From contig OY760175.1 of NCBI GenBank assembly GCA_963663165.1, positions 6,016,001 to 6,080,000 of the forward strand: a DNA stretch of 64,000 bases, in the 5' to 3' direction. The stretch comes from an uncultured Desulfospira sp. Lineage in GTDB: Bacteria > Desulfobacterota > Desulfobacteria > Desulfobacterales > Desulfobacteraceae. Below are positions 28,962-38,059 of this stretch, in pieces (within the stretch, counting starts at the first letter, position 1; each line of letters begins with the position of its first letter). Below the pieces are notes generated by a model. The model made no database searches, was not told the origin of the DNA, and saw only the letters and a program-made list of their open reading frames with translations. The translations under genes and the position numbers were made by a program.

Positions 28962-31169
28962 TCATCCCACACACCCGAGGCTCGGGTCCTGGACCACAAT
29001 GGTCCGTCTTCGTTTCTTCTTTTTGACCTGGCACATCAGGGTTTTGTAAACCGGAAATCCTGAAATGGGGTCAAATTGTGCCAGATCGGTCAACACGTTG
29101 ACATTGGCCTTTCGCCAGGACTCAGGTCCATGGGGGCCGCCGCCCCCGGCCGGGGCGTAAACAAAGCCTTCCATGACCTTTTCGGTGACATCGGCCTTCA
29201 TTTCCACAAACCCCCTGGCGGTTTTTATTACCACCGTGTCTTTGGGGGCAATGCCCCGTTGTTCGGCATCTTTGGGGTTGATCTGAACCATGGGGTCCGG
29301 GTACCGGTCGATGAAGTCGGGGATGGCCCGAAGGCAGGATTTCATGTCCGGCTTGAAGGGTCCCGTCCCTAAGACCAGGGGGAACCGGTTTACCATTTTG
29401 GGCCGGCTCACAGGGGTTTCAAAGGATTCTTCGTATTTGGGCAGCCCCTCAAGCCCCATTTTTTCCAGCAGGGTGGATTTGATTTCAAACTTGCCTGACG
29501 GGGTTTGAAACCCGGGTTGGCCGTCGGCCCTTAACAGGCCTTTTTCCCATTTGCGGAAGGCCATGGGAAGCTGTTTTTTTTGAACCGCCTTTTTAGGGGC
29601 CTGTTCCAGGTCCTGCCGGGAGATGCCGGTGCCGGTCAGAACACGGTCCAGCAGGTCGGCTTCGGTTTTGGGGAATTTGTCCCCATACCCGAGCCTGTCG
29701 GCAAGCCCGGTTAAAATGGCAAAGCAGGACCGGCTGTTCCCCACCGGATCGATCATTTGCTCCCTGAGCCGGACCGTATGGCCGTAAAAACAATAGGATG
29801 ACTGCTCAAAGGCCGTGGTGGCCGGCAGGACAATATCGGCCCAGGCCGCATCCCGGGTCAGCTGCAAATCGGCACAGACCATGAAATCCAGGGATTCAAA
29901 CGCCTTTTGCCATAGAACCGGGTCAGGCCATGATGTGAGAATGGAGGCCCCCATGATAAACAGGCCCCGGATTTTATACGGATCTGAGTCAAGGATGGCC
30001 TTTGGCAGCCTTATGGCATGGGGTTCGCCGCCGCAAAAATGGGTATACACCGGGAAGTGGCCTGCGCCAATGGACTTGTCAAATCCGGGACTTAAAATCT
30101 GGTGGTCCCGGCTTAGGCCAATCTGGTTTTCAGGCTGGACAAAGCAGCGGCCGCCTTCCACATCCAGCTGCCCGGCCAGGGCCCAGAGAACCTGGACTGC
30201 CCGGATGTTCTGGACCCCGGATTTGGTGTATTCAAGCCCGGTGTACATCACATAGCTGGCCCCTTCGGCGTCGGCAATATCCACTGCCAGTGCTTCAATC
30301 ACCTTTTGGGGGATCCCGGTAATCCCGCTGACCGTTTCCGGGGTAAAATCCTTGACATATTTGGTAAACTCTTCGTACCCCAGGGTCCAGTCTTCCACAA
30401 AGGCTTGGTCCACCCAGCCGTCCCGGATCAGGATATGGGACAGGCCAAGGGCCAGGGCGCCGTCCGTCCCCGGCCGGATGGGGATCCACTGGCTGTCAGG
30501 CAGCTTGGCCGAAGCGGTCTGTCTGGGATCGATAACAATGATCTGGGCGCCTTCACTGGCGGCCCGGACCAGGCGGCCGAACATTTCCGGCGGGGTGGAC
30601 GTGGACGGGTCGGTTCCCCATACAACGATGAGGTCAGAGTTGTCCACATCGGAAAACATGTCCGTGTGAAGGCAGCCCATGGTCAGCTGGGGGGCCAGCA
30701 CCCCAAGGGAGGTGTAACAGGGCGCGCCCACCCCGAAGGTATTGGGCGACCCAAAGGGAAACAAAATGCTTGAAGCCAGATAAATATGAGATCCCCCCAG
30801 TTGAAAGGCATCCTTGAAGGCCCGCTCATAGGTGCCGGTACCGGCGTAAAATCCAAAGGCTTCGGGGCCGTGGTCCGCTTTGATGCCTTCCATTTTCCCG
30901 GCAATGATGTCATAGGCCTCATCCCAGGAGATGGGGTCAAAATCCAGTTTGCCTTTGGGGCCTTTCCGTTTCAGGGGCTGTTTGATCCGGGCTTTGGAGT
31001 AGATGATCTGGGAGGCGCTGGCCGCCAGTGGACAAAGAACGCTTCCCAAAGGCGCTTCAGGGTCCGGGGTCAGCCGTTCAATTTTTCCGGACTCGTCAAA
31101 ATGGACGGTAACGCCGCAGCCCGGGCTGTGAAAACATAATCCGCAAATGCCGTGTTGTTGTTTTTCCAA
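28962..31169 (-). CDS. cytoplasmic Mo/W-bisPGD enzyme, acetylene-hydratase-like; resembles the metallopterin module of ergothioneine synthase MES
   Basis: N-terminal 4Fe-4S Cys cluster (CGLCFHSPGC...LCP), ISWDEA, FGSPNT..APC, IRPGTD, ADIVLPATT, molydop_binding C domain; no Tat signal; TTG start after AAGGAG. Confidence 0.88.
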   Translation of the reverse strand: MEKQQHGICGLCFHSPGCGVTVHFDESGKIERLTPDPEAPLGSVLCPLAASASQIIYSKARIKQPLKRKGPKGKLDFDPISWDEAYDIIAGKMEGIKADHGPEAFGFYAGTGTYERAFKDAFQLGGSHIYLASSILFPFGSPNTFGVGAPCYTSLGVLAPQLTMGCLHTDMFSDVDNSDLIVVWGTDPSTSTPPEMFGRLVRAASEGAQIIVIDPRQTASAKLPDSQWIPIRPGTDGALALGLSHILIRDGWVDQAFVEDWTLGYEEFTKYVKDFTPETVSGITGIPQKVIEALAVDIADAEGASYVMYTGLEYTKSGVQNIRAVQVLWALAGQLDVEGGRCFVQPENQIGLSRDHQILSPGFDKSIGAGHFPVYTHFCGGEPHAIRLPKAILDSDPYKIRGLFIMGASILTSWPDPVLWQKAFESLDFMVCADLQLTRDAAWADIVLPATTAFEQSSYCFYGHTVRLREQMIDPVGNSRSCFAILTGLADRLGYGDKFPKTEADLLDRVLTGTGISRQDLEQAPKKAVQKKQLPMAFRKWEKGLLRADGQPGFQTPSGKFEIKSTLLEKMGLEGLPKYEESFETPVSRPKMVNRFPLVLGTGPFKPDMKSCLRAIPDFIDRYPDPMVQINPKDAEQRGIAPKDTVVIKTARGFVEMKADVTEKVMEGFVYAPAGGGGPHGPESWRKANVNVLTDLAQFDPISGFPVYKTLMCQVKKKKRRRTIVVQDPSLGCVG

Positions 31170-31172
31170 AAT

Positions 31173-32129
31173 TTATTGGGCTCCTTTTTGCCGCTGGGCA
31201 ATGACAAACAAAGAGGTGATGTGTTCCCAGAGGTTTCTGGTTTTTCTGATTTTCCACAACACCTGTCCCTTGTCCTGGATTTCAAATTCAGGGGAAAAAA
31301 TGCCGTTAACGCCTTGAAGCAGGCGGCAGACATTGTCCATGCCAAACCCTTTAAACGGGCCTTCATTTTTCCCCCCAAGCCAGAGATCCGGGCTGTTGAC
31401 CCCCTCGTCCCAGGAAAAAGGGTCAGACAGCAGAAATCTTGCGCCATCAGGATCCATGACCCGGTTGGCTTCGGCCAGGTGACGGGCCGGGTCCGGCACC
31501 TTTTCTAAGATATTCACCGATCCTGCCATGGCAAACCGGTTGGATCTAAAGGGCAGGGCCATGGCGTCGGCCACCAGGAATTCAGCGTTTTCAAGCTGAT
31601 AGCCCGGGTCCAGATCGCAGGCCCTTTTTTTTGTGATCTGCCCTTCCATGATCATGTCAAACTCAAGCCGTCCGGTTTTGGACAGGTTCCGGGCCGCCCG
31701 AATAAAGGACCAGGAGGTGTCAATGCCGATGGCCCGGTCATGGGTCTTGGTCAATTCAAAGGTCAGCCGCCCCACGGAACAGCCAATATCCAGTGCAAAC
31801 CCGTCCTGGGGGGTAAACGCAGCCGCCCATCGTTGATAGGCATCGGTTGCATCGGGCCCGTTGAAAAATTCAGAATAATGGCTCCACAGATAAGACGACA
31901 GCATGGAAAATGACCCATAGCCTGCCGTGTCCCGGGTAAGGGGCAGGGTCTTTTCCGGGACAACCACGGCAATTCCCTCATGGATGTCATACCGCCTTGT
32001 ACACTCAGGGCAGACCAGCTGCCCGTCTATAATTTCATCTTCTGTTTCTATTCGGCTGTCCAGGGTGAGCGGGATTTCCTTATCCAGGCACTCGGGACAG
32101 ATCAGTTCTTCAATCATCCACTTTCTCAT
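31173..32129 (-). CDS. Trm112-like Zn ribbon fused to a class I SAM methyltransferase resembling the OvoA C-terminal domain
   Basis: CPEC..CPEC..YDIHEGI; LSSYLWSHY, ALDIGCSVGRLTFEL, GIDTSWSFIRAA, SDPFSW..WLGG, WKIRKT..WEH. Confidence 0.8.
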   Translation of the reverse strand: MRKWMIEELICPECLDKEIPLTLDSRIETEDEIIDGQLVCPECTRRYDIHEGIAVVVPEKTLPLTRDTAGYGSFSMLSSYLWSHYSEFFNGPDATDAYQRWAAAFTPQDGFALDIGCSVGRLTFELTKTHDRAIGIDTSWSFIRAARNLSKTGRLEFDMIMEGQITKKRACDLDPGYQLENAEFLVADAMALPFRSNRFAMAGSVNILEKVPDPARHLAEANRVMDPDGARFLLSDPFSWDEGVNSPDLWLGGKNEGPFKGFGMDNVCRLLQGVNGIFSPEFEIQDKGQVLWKIRKTRNLWEHITSLFVIAQRQKGAQ

Positions 32130-32157
32130 ATGAACTCCTTTTCTTTCGCGCTATCCT

Positions 32158-32190
32158 AAAGGAAGAGTCGCATTAATGCAACATTCCTTT
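32158..32190. promoter_or_regulatory. palindrome just upstream of the methyltransferase/metallopterin operon
   Basis: AAAGGAA-GA-GTCGCATTAATGCAAC-A-TTCCTTT. Confidence 0.45.
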
Positions 32191-32523
32191 CCTTTTTTAA
32201 CGGATTTCAAATGGTATTTCAGGGAAGGAAAAAGACGGGAAATGCGTTGTTTCGACCGGGTTCAGTGAAAAGAATAATCGGGTTAATCCAATAAAATGGG
32301 GGAGACCGAAAACCGGAGACAGGAGACCGGATGCGCCCCTCCAAGGGAACCCAACATCCGGTGTCTATCGTTACATTTTTGGTCAATGCAAGGTAGGCCC
32401 AGGGAACTTGCCGTATTCGGTCTCCCGTCTACCTTCCTCCGGTCTTCCTTTTTTATAATCTGACACCTTATCTTGTTCCCTGGTTCTAAATTAAACACCC
32501 CCCTTCCTGCCCGGCGGGCATAA

Positions 32524-32573
32524 AAAAACCGCACCGTTTCAGGAAAGCAGCTTCCTTTAACGGTGCGGTTTTT
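32524..32573 (-). terminator. intrinsic terminator after the decarboxylase operon
   Basis: AAAAACCGCACCGTT / AACGGTGCGGTTTTT inverted repeat with U-tract. Confidence 0.75.
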
Positions 32574-32625
32574 AGGTTTAAGCCTTAAGGCCGCTGATTT
32601 TAAAATTCAGGGCGTTTCCCGCTGA

Positions 32626-33744
32626 TCACCCGCCCAAAAGGGTTAAGAAGATACCGGCTGCGATGACGGTACCGATGACCCCGGCCACGTTGGGGCCCAT
32701 GGCGTACATGAGCAGATAGTTTTTCTTATCGGCCTCCATGCCCACCTTGTGGACCACCCGGGCGGCCATGGGAACGGCCGATACCCCGGCAGCACCCAGC
32801 AGCGGGTTGATCTTGTTTTTGGAAAACAGGTTCATGAGCTTGGCCAGGATCACCCCGGTCATGGTGGAGATGATAAAGGCGAACAGTCCCAGGAAAAAGA
32901 CAAAGATCACCTGGGGCCGCAGGAAATTTTCCGCATTCATGGTGGCGCCCACCGGCACCCCTAAGAATATGGTGACAATATTCATCAGCTCATTCTGGGC
33001 CGCATCGTGCAGCCGTCCCACCACGCCGGATTCCCGGAACAGATTGCCGAGCATGAACATGGCGATCAGGGGCGCAGACGCCGGGACCAGCAGGATAATG
33101 ACAAAGGTCGATACAATGGGAAACAGTATTTTCTCAAGTTTTCCCACCTTTCTGCCCTTTTTCATGCGGATTTTTCTTTCATCCTCTGAGGTCAGCAGCT
33201 TCATCACCGGGGGCTGGATAATGGGCACCAGGGCCATATAGGAATAGGCGGCCACGGCACAGACCCCCAACAAAGAGGGGGCCAGCTTGGATGCCAGAAA
33301 TATGGTGGTGGGCCCGTCCGCCCCGCCGATAATGCCGATGGTGGCGGCCTCCTGAAGATCAAACCCAAAGGCCTGGGCCGCAAAAAAGGTGATGTACACC
33401 CCGGCCTGGGCCCCGGCCCCTAAAAAGATCAGCCGGGGATTGGCAATGAGCGGCCCAAAATCCGTGAGCGCCCCAAGGCCTAAAAAAATCACCGGCGGAA
33501 TGATCTCCCAGTGGATCCCGTACTCGTAAAACTTCCACAGCAGCCCTTCTTCAGGGGTCATGAGCCCTGCCAGGGGCAGGTTGACCAGGATAATCCCGAA
33601 CCCGATGGGCAGCAGGAGCAGGGGTTCATAGTTTTTGGCAATGGCAAGGTAGATCAGGACAAGGCCGATGATCCACATCACCACAATCCCCGGGGTGACA
33701 TAAAAAAGGCCGGTGGTCTGGAACAGGGAAAGGAATGATTCCAT
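32626..33744 (-). CDS. gcdB: Na+-translocating decarboxylase beta subunit
   Basis: [48 protein letters not shown]. Confidence 0.95.
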   Translation of the reverse strand: MESFLSLFQTTGLFYVTPGIVVMWIIGLVLIYLAIAKNYEPLLLLPIGFGIILVNLPLAGLMTPEEGLLWKFYEYGIHWEIIPPVIFLGLGALTDFGPLIANPRLIFLGAGAQAGVYITFFAAQAFGFDLQEAATIGIIGGADGPTTIFLASKLAPSLLGVCAVAAYSYMALVPIIQPPVMKLLTSEDERKIRMKKGRKVGKLEKILFPIVSTFVIILLVPASAPLIAMFMLGNLFRESGVVGRLHDAAQNELMNIVTIFLGVPVGATMNAENFLRPQVIFVFFLGLFAFIISTMTGVILAKLMNLFSKNKINPLLGAAGVSAVPMAARVVHKVGMEADKKNYLLMYAMGPNVAGVIGTVIAAGIFLTLLGG

Positions 33745-33902
33745 TATTTGGCCTCCTTTGATGTGTCGGACTCTGCGGCTTTACCCCGCGCTTCATAGGC
33801 GGTCACCGCAACCCCGGTCAGTCGGATGGAAAGGTAAAGAAATGCCATTCCAAGGAACACGCCGAAAATTCCCGCAACAAAAACCCCTACTGGTCCTGTC
33901 AT
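33744..33902 (-). CDS. decarboxylase small membrane (delta/OadG-like) subunit
   Basis: 52-aa single-TM ORF ([23 protein letters not shown]...) coupled to the alpha and beta genes. Confidence 0.8.
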   Translation of the reverse strand: MTGPVGVFVAGIFGVFLGMAFLYLSIRLTGVAVTAYEARGKAAESDTSKEAK

Positions 33903-35662
33903 GACTGGTTCCTTTCCTTTTCCGTTGCATGGTCCCTGATAATCCTGGGCAGGATCATCTGGTGCTGGGGACAAATGGATTTGGGATTCTGGTAAGCAGA
34001 ACCGGTAAAGGCCTGCATGTACTTTCTAAGGTCGGACAGTTTGACCACCTCGTCCACCATGCCCTGTTTGGCGCAGAACAGCGGGGTGGAGGTGTCTTTG
34101 TATTTCTGGGCCAGCTGGTTCATCTTTTCCACTACCGGAGAAAGATCCCTTCCGGCTTCCTTTTCTTTTACCAGGCGTCTGGCATAGGTGGCCACCGCCG
34201 CGGTTTCCCCGTGCATCACCTGGATTTCAGTGGCACAGGTGCCCAGGGTAAAGGCGTTGTTCCGGTTGGCCTGGGGACCGCCCATGACATAATGGGCGGC
34301 CGCACTGCCCTTGCGAAGGATGGCCAGCATCATGGGAAGGCCGGACTGCTGGATGGAATAGATCAGGGACTGGCCAAGGCCGAGCAGCTCAGCCTTTTCG
34401 GCAATATCGCCCACATCAATTCCAGAGGTATCCTGGAACCAGATCACCGGAATTCTGTCCCGGCCGCACAGGGTCACAAACTCGTTCATCTTGATCAGGC
34501 CCTGGCGGTACAGCTTGGACCCGATGCCCGGATAATCGGCATACTCGGGATACCCTTTGCCCAAATACCCCTGGCGGTTGCCGATGCAGGCCACCAGATA
34601 TCCGTCCACTTTGCACAGCCCGGTGTAAATTTCAGGACCATAGTCAGGCCGGTATTCCATATGCTCGGAACCGTCCACCAGGCGGGCCAGGATTTCATCA
34701 AAATCGTACACGGTTTTAGGCGCCAGGGGCAGCAGACGCATGACATCATCCGCCTCAAAGGCCGGGGCCTTGGGTTCGGCTACCCGGAAAAAGACCGGAT
34801 CATAGGCCGGCATTTTGGCCATATAATCCTTGACGCCGTCCAGGACCTCTTTTTCTTCCTTGTACACATACCGGAAAAACCCGGTATGGTCATAGTGGGT
34901 GGAGACGGCTCCCGGGGGTTTGGCCCGGTGTTCTTTGGCTTTTGTCACCAGATCTTCAGCCATGTCCACGGTGAACCCGCCCTGGGGGGCCATGCCGCTG
35001 ACAATACCGGCACCGCCTACGGCCATGTTGCATTTTTCATGGGCAAACAAAATCGTGGGGGAAATGGACTGGTATCCGCCGCCGGCCGGATTGGTGCCGT
35101 AAATGGCGGCCAGAACCGGGATGCCCTCCTGCTCAAGCTCAGCATGGCGGAAAAAGGGTGTTCCCGCACCCCGCCGGTTGGCATAGAACTTTTCCTGCTC
35201 AGTGAGTTTGGCACCGCTGCAGTTGACCAACCAGACCAGGGGCACGTTCAGCCGTTTGGCAAGGTCGGTAACCCTCAGGATGTTTTCCGACTGGCCGGCC
35301 AGCCAGGCACCGGCCATGACCTTGTTGTCAAATCCGATCAGAACGCACCATTTGCCGGAAATCTTGGCCAGACCGTCAATGACGTTGGTGGTGCCTTCCA
35401 CGTTATCGGCCGGGTTAAACAGGGTGTGAAGGGGGGTAAAGGTGCCCGGATCGACAATGTATTCAATCCGCTGCCATACGGTCATCTGTCCCCGCTGGTT
35501 GATTTTTTCTTCGGGGAGCCCTGCGTTTTTAACCTCGTTGACAGCGGCGTCAATGCCCTGTTCCGCTGCAGTTACGGCATCATAATTTTCCTGGGTCCGC
35601 TTCAGGGTGCCTGCTTTTAAGGCTTTCCCAAACGGGGCCATATGTTCAAAATAGGATCTCAT
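33899..35662 (-). CDS. gcdA: glutaconyl-CoA decarboxylase alpha (carboxyltransferase) subunit
   Basis: Carboxyltransferase motifs (NCSG, GTNPAGGGY, QDTSGIDVG, KGSAAAHYVMGGP); adjacent to acd. Confidence 0.92.
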   Translation of the reverse strand: MRSYFEHMAPFGKALKAGTLKRTQENYDAVTAAEQGIDAAVNEVKNAGLPEEKINQRGQMTVWQRIEYIVDPGTFTPLHTLFNPADNVEGTTNVIDGLAKISGKWCVLIGFDNKVMAGAWLAGQSENILRVTDLAKRLNVPLVWLVNCSGAKLTEQEKFYANRRGAGTPFFRHAELEQEGIPVLAAIYGTNPAGGGYQSISPTILFAHEKCNMAVGGAGIVSGMAPQGGFTVDMAEDLVTKAKEHRAKPPGAVSTHYDHTGFFRYVYKEEKEVLDGVKDYMAKMPAYDPVFFRVAEPKAPAFEADDVMRLLPLAPKTVYDFDEILARLVDGSEHMEYRPDYGPEIYTGLCKVDGYLVACIGNRQGYLGKGYPEYADYPGIGSKLYRQGLIKMNEFVTLCGRDRIPVIWFQDTSGIDVGDIAEKAELLGLGQSLIYSIQQSGLPMMLAILRKGSAAAHYVMGGPQANRNNAFTLGTCATEIQVMHGETAAVATYARRLVKEKEAGRDLSPVVEKMNQLAQKYKDTSTPLFCAKQGMVDEVVKLSDLRKYMQAFTGSAYQNPKSICPQHQMILPRIIRDHATEKERNQS

Positions 35663-35696
35663 TTAAAACCTTCCTTGAAGTAGAAAAGAGTGGAAA

Positions 35697-35912
35697 CTAG
35701 TCAATTACCGCCAGCAGATCGTCTTCTTCAACGGAATCACCTTCCTTGACCTTGATTTCCGATACCGTACCGGAACAGGGTGCAAACACAGGGGTTTCCA
35801 TTTTCATGGCCTCAATGACCATGATTTCGTCATCTTCTTCCACGGCAGCACCGGGCTCAAGGCTCAGGCTGACAATTTTTCCGGACAGGGGGGCTAATAC
35901 GTCTTCAGACAT
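35697..35912 (-). CDS. gcdC: biotin carboxyl carrier subunit
   Basis: EAMKM biotinylation motif. Confidence 0.93.
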   Translation of the reverse strand: MSEDVLAPLSGKIVSLSLEPGAAVEEDDEIMVIEAMKMETPVFAPCSGTVSEIKVKEGDSVEEDDLLAVID

Positions 35913-36076
35913 GGGGGTCTCCTTTTTTGTATGCTTTTGGCTGTTAGCTATTTGCTGTCAGCGGTTATTGGGCTGTCAAATTTTTGCACTTATTGGCCAG
36001 ACTCTGCAATAAAATGACAGCTAAAGGCCAATAATATTCAACAAATTAACCCAAATCAATACTAAATGCTATTTTT

Positions 36077-36122
36077 TGTCAAGAAATTTTTAATCAGATT
36101 TTTAATCAGATTTTCCTTGACA
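36077..36122. promoter_or_regulatory. divergent promoter region with direct repeats
   Basis: TGTCAA (minus -35) ... ATTTTTAATCAG x2 ... TTGACA (plus -35) between gcdC and acd. Confidence 0.5.
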
Positions 36123-36181
36123 TCAACTGAAAATTTCTGTTTATCTAACCCTATAGTGCCAAATAACCTTAAGGAGACAAT

Positions 36182-37345
36182 ATGGATTTTCAATTATCTA
36201 AAGAACTTCAAATGCTTCAAAAAGAAGTCAGAAAATTTGCCAAAAAACAGATTGAGCCCTATGCCGACCAGTGGGATCAGGACCATTATCTGCCTATTAA
36301 AGAGGTAATGAAACCTTTGGGCGAGCTCGGATACTTCGGTACCGTGATTCCCGAAGAATACGGCGGAGAGGATATGGGATTCCTGGCCGCCATGATCGTC
36401 ACCGAAGAACTGGCAAGGGTGAGCTCATCTTTGCGGGTGCAGGTCAACATGCAGGTTCTGGGCTGCGCCTATACCATTTTCAGATACGGCAATGACGAAG
36501 TTAAAAAGAAATATGTCGAAAAACTTTGCACCGCCGAATATATCGGTGGATTCGGCATTACCGAGCCCGATGCCGGTTCCGATGTCATGGCCATGAGCTC
36601 CACCGCAGAAGACAAAGGGGACCACTGGCTCCTCAACGGCAACAAGACCTGGATCTCCAACGCCAATGTGGCCGATGTACTGCTCTACTATGCCTACACA
36701 GACAAATCCGCCGGCTCCAAGGGATTGTCCGCCTTTGTCATTGAACCCAAAAACTTTGAAGGCATCAAGACATCTTCCCTTGAAAAAATGGGATCCCATT
36801 CTTCCCCTACAGGCGAACTGTTCCTGGACAACGTCAAGGTGCCCAAGGAAAATATCCTGGGCAAACCCGGCGACGGCGCCAAGATCGTATTCTCCTCCCT
36901 TAACCAGACCCGTCTGTCTGCTGCCGCCGGCGGCATTGGGCTTGCCCAGGCCTGCCTGGATGCGGCCACCAAGTATTGCAACGAAAGAAAGCAGTTCGGC
37001 AAAAAGATTGGTGAATTCCAGATGAACCAGGACATGATCGCCCAGATGACCGCAGAAATCGAAGCCGCCAGACTGGTGGTTTACAAAGCGGCCTGGGCCA
37101 AAGACCAGGGCAATCTCAACAACGGGCTGGACGTTGCCATGGCCAAATACCTGTCCGGCGAAGTCGTTTCCAAGTGTGCCAACTATGCCATGAGAATCCT
37201 GGGCGCTTACGGGTATTCAACTGAATATCCGGTGGCCAGATACTATAAAGACGCCCCCACGTATTACATGGTGGAAGGGTCTGCCAATATCTGCAAGTGG
37301 ATTATTGCCCTGGACCAGCTGGGCATCAGGAAAGCCAATCGGTAA
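36182..37345 (+). CDS. acd: glutaryl-CoA dehydrogenase, non-decarboxylating
   Basis: Acyl-CoA dehydrogenase motifs (ITEPDAGSD, GAYGY, YMVEGSANI); closely resembles the Desulfococcus-type Acd as recalled; divergent from gcd genes. Confidence 0.9.
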   Translation: MDFQLSKELQMLQKEVRKFAKKQIEPYADQWDQDHYLPIKEVMKPLGELGYFGTVIPEEYGGEDMGFLAAMIVTEELARVSSSLRVQVNMQVLGCAYTIFRYGNDEVKKKYVEKLCTAEYIGGFGITEPDAGSDVMAMSSTAEDKGDHWLLNGNKTWISNANVADVLLYYAYTDKSAGSKGLSAFVIEPKNFEGIKTSSLEKMGSHSSPTGELFLDNVKVPKENILGKPGDGAKIVFSSLNQTRLSAAAGGIGLAQACLDAATKYCNERKQFGKKIGEFQMNQDMIAQMTAEIEAARLVVYKAAWAKDQGNLNNGLDVAMAKYLSGEVVSKCANYAMRILGAYGYSTEYPVARYYKDAPTYYMVEGSANICKWIIALDQLGIRKANR

Positions 37346-37409
37346 TTGGCTGTTAGCTGTTAGCCATTAGCTTTTAACGGTTAGCCTTCAGCTGACCTGA
37401 AAAAAATAT

Positions 37410-37451
37410 AAAAAGTTATTCCCCGGATTTTCCTGGGGAATAACTTTTTTT
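37410..37451 (+). terminator. intrinsic terminator after acd
   Basis: AAAAGTTATTCCCC / GGGGAATAACTTTT followed by a T-run. Confidence 0.75.
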
Positions 37452-37519
37452 CAATAAAACCAAGCCTGACGGATATGCATCTTCATCCTTCAGCCTTCAT
37501 CCTTTTTTACAGGAGCCCC

Positions 37520-37912
37520 ATGGATCCCAAAGAGATTGCCAAAAAAACCGGCGACACCGCCAAGCTTTATTTTTCCACGGTAAAAGATGAGGACAAGCCC
37601 TATAATCTGTGGAAATACTTTGACAAGGGCCTGGCAAAAGACATGTCCCTGTATATCACAGGCCAGATGTACGCCAGGGAAAAAATTCCCCATCCCACCC
37701 GTCAGCTGATCACGGTGGCGGCCCTGACCGTCCTGTGCAAACCCGAAGAGCTCAAGCTCCACATTCATGCCGCCCTGAATGTGGGATGCACCAGCGAGGA
37801 AATCGCAGAGGTGATTTTCCAAACCAGTATTTACGGCGGGGTTCCGGCCGCGAATACGGCCCTGTCTGCATTAAAAGAAGTCCTTGAAGAGCGGACGGTG
37901 GATAAAGAATAG
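37520..37912 (+). CDS. carboxymuconolactone decarboxylase (CMD/AhpD-fold) family protein
   Basis: RQLITVAAL, ELKLHIHAALNVG, EIAEVIFQ..YGGVPAA; AGGAG RBS. Confidence 0.88.
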   Translation: MDPKEIAKKTGDTAKLYFSTVKDEDKPYNLWKYFDKGLAKDMSLYITGQMYAREKIPHPTRQLITVAALTVLCKPEELKLHIHAALNVGCTSEEIAEVIFQTSIYGGVPAANTALSALKEVLEERTVDKE

Positions 37913-37913
37913 T

Positions 37914-37968
37914 TAGTGTTTGGACGAAAAGCCACCCATCTGATGGGTGGCTTTTCGTTTACACACTA
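37914..37968. repeat. internally deleted copy of palindromic family A
   Basis: TAGTGTTTGGACGAAAAGCCACCCATC-T-GATGGGTGGCTTTTCGTTTACACACTA. Confidence 0.8.
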
Positions 37969-38059
37969 TATAAAAGTCTCACTAACATCTTGAGAAGACA
38001 CTCATTATTCGTTGTGGACAGTTCATGGTTGGATAACCCAGACGGCCCGTGGCCGTTAT
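37967..38059 (-). repeat. family B ~90-bp repeat copy
   Basis: Reverse complement matches the 11062-11151 and 43937-44030 copies. Confidence 0.8.

Noticed and set aside
28875..28973. Metallopterin enzyme ends Cys-Val-Gly-TGA, which would be a CxxU motif if the TGA were selenocysteine
   Set aside because: The sequence after the TGA is the antisense of the abutting GT2 gene's coding end, and the only nearby hairpin (GGTGA-TTTTC-TCACC) lacks a G-containing apical loop typical of bacterial SECIS. Treated as a stop; ortholog alignment would settle it.
33929..35620. 563-aa plus-strand ORF
   Set aside because: Antisense shadow of gcdA with no recognisable motifs.
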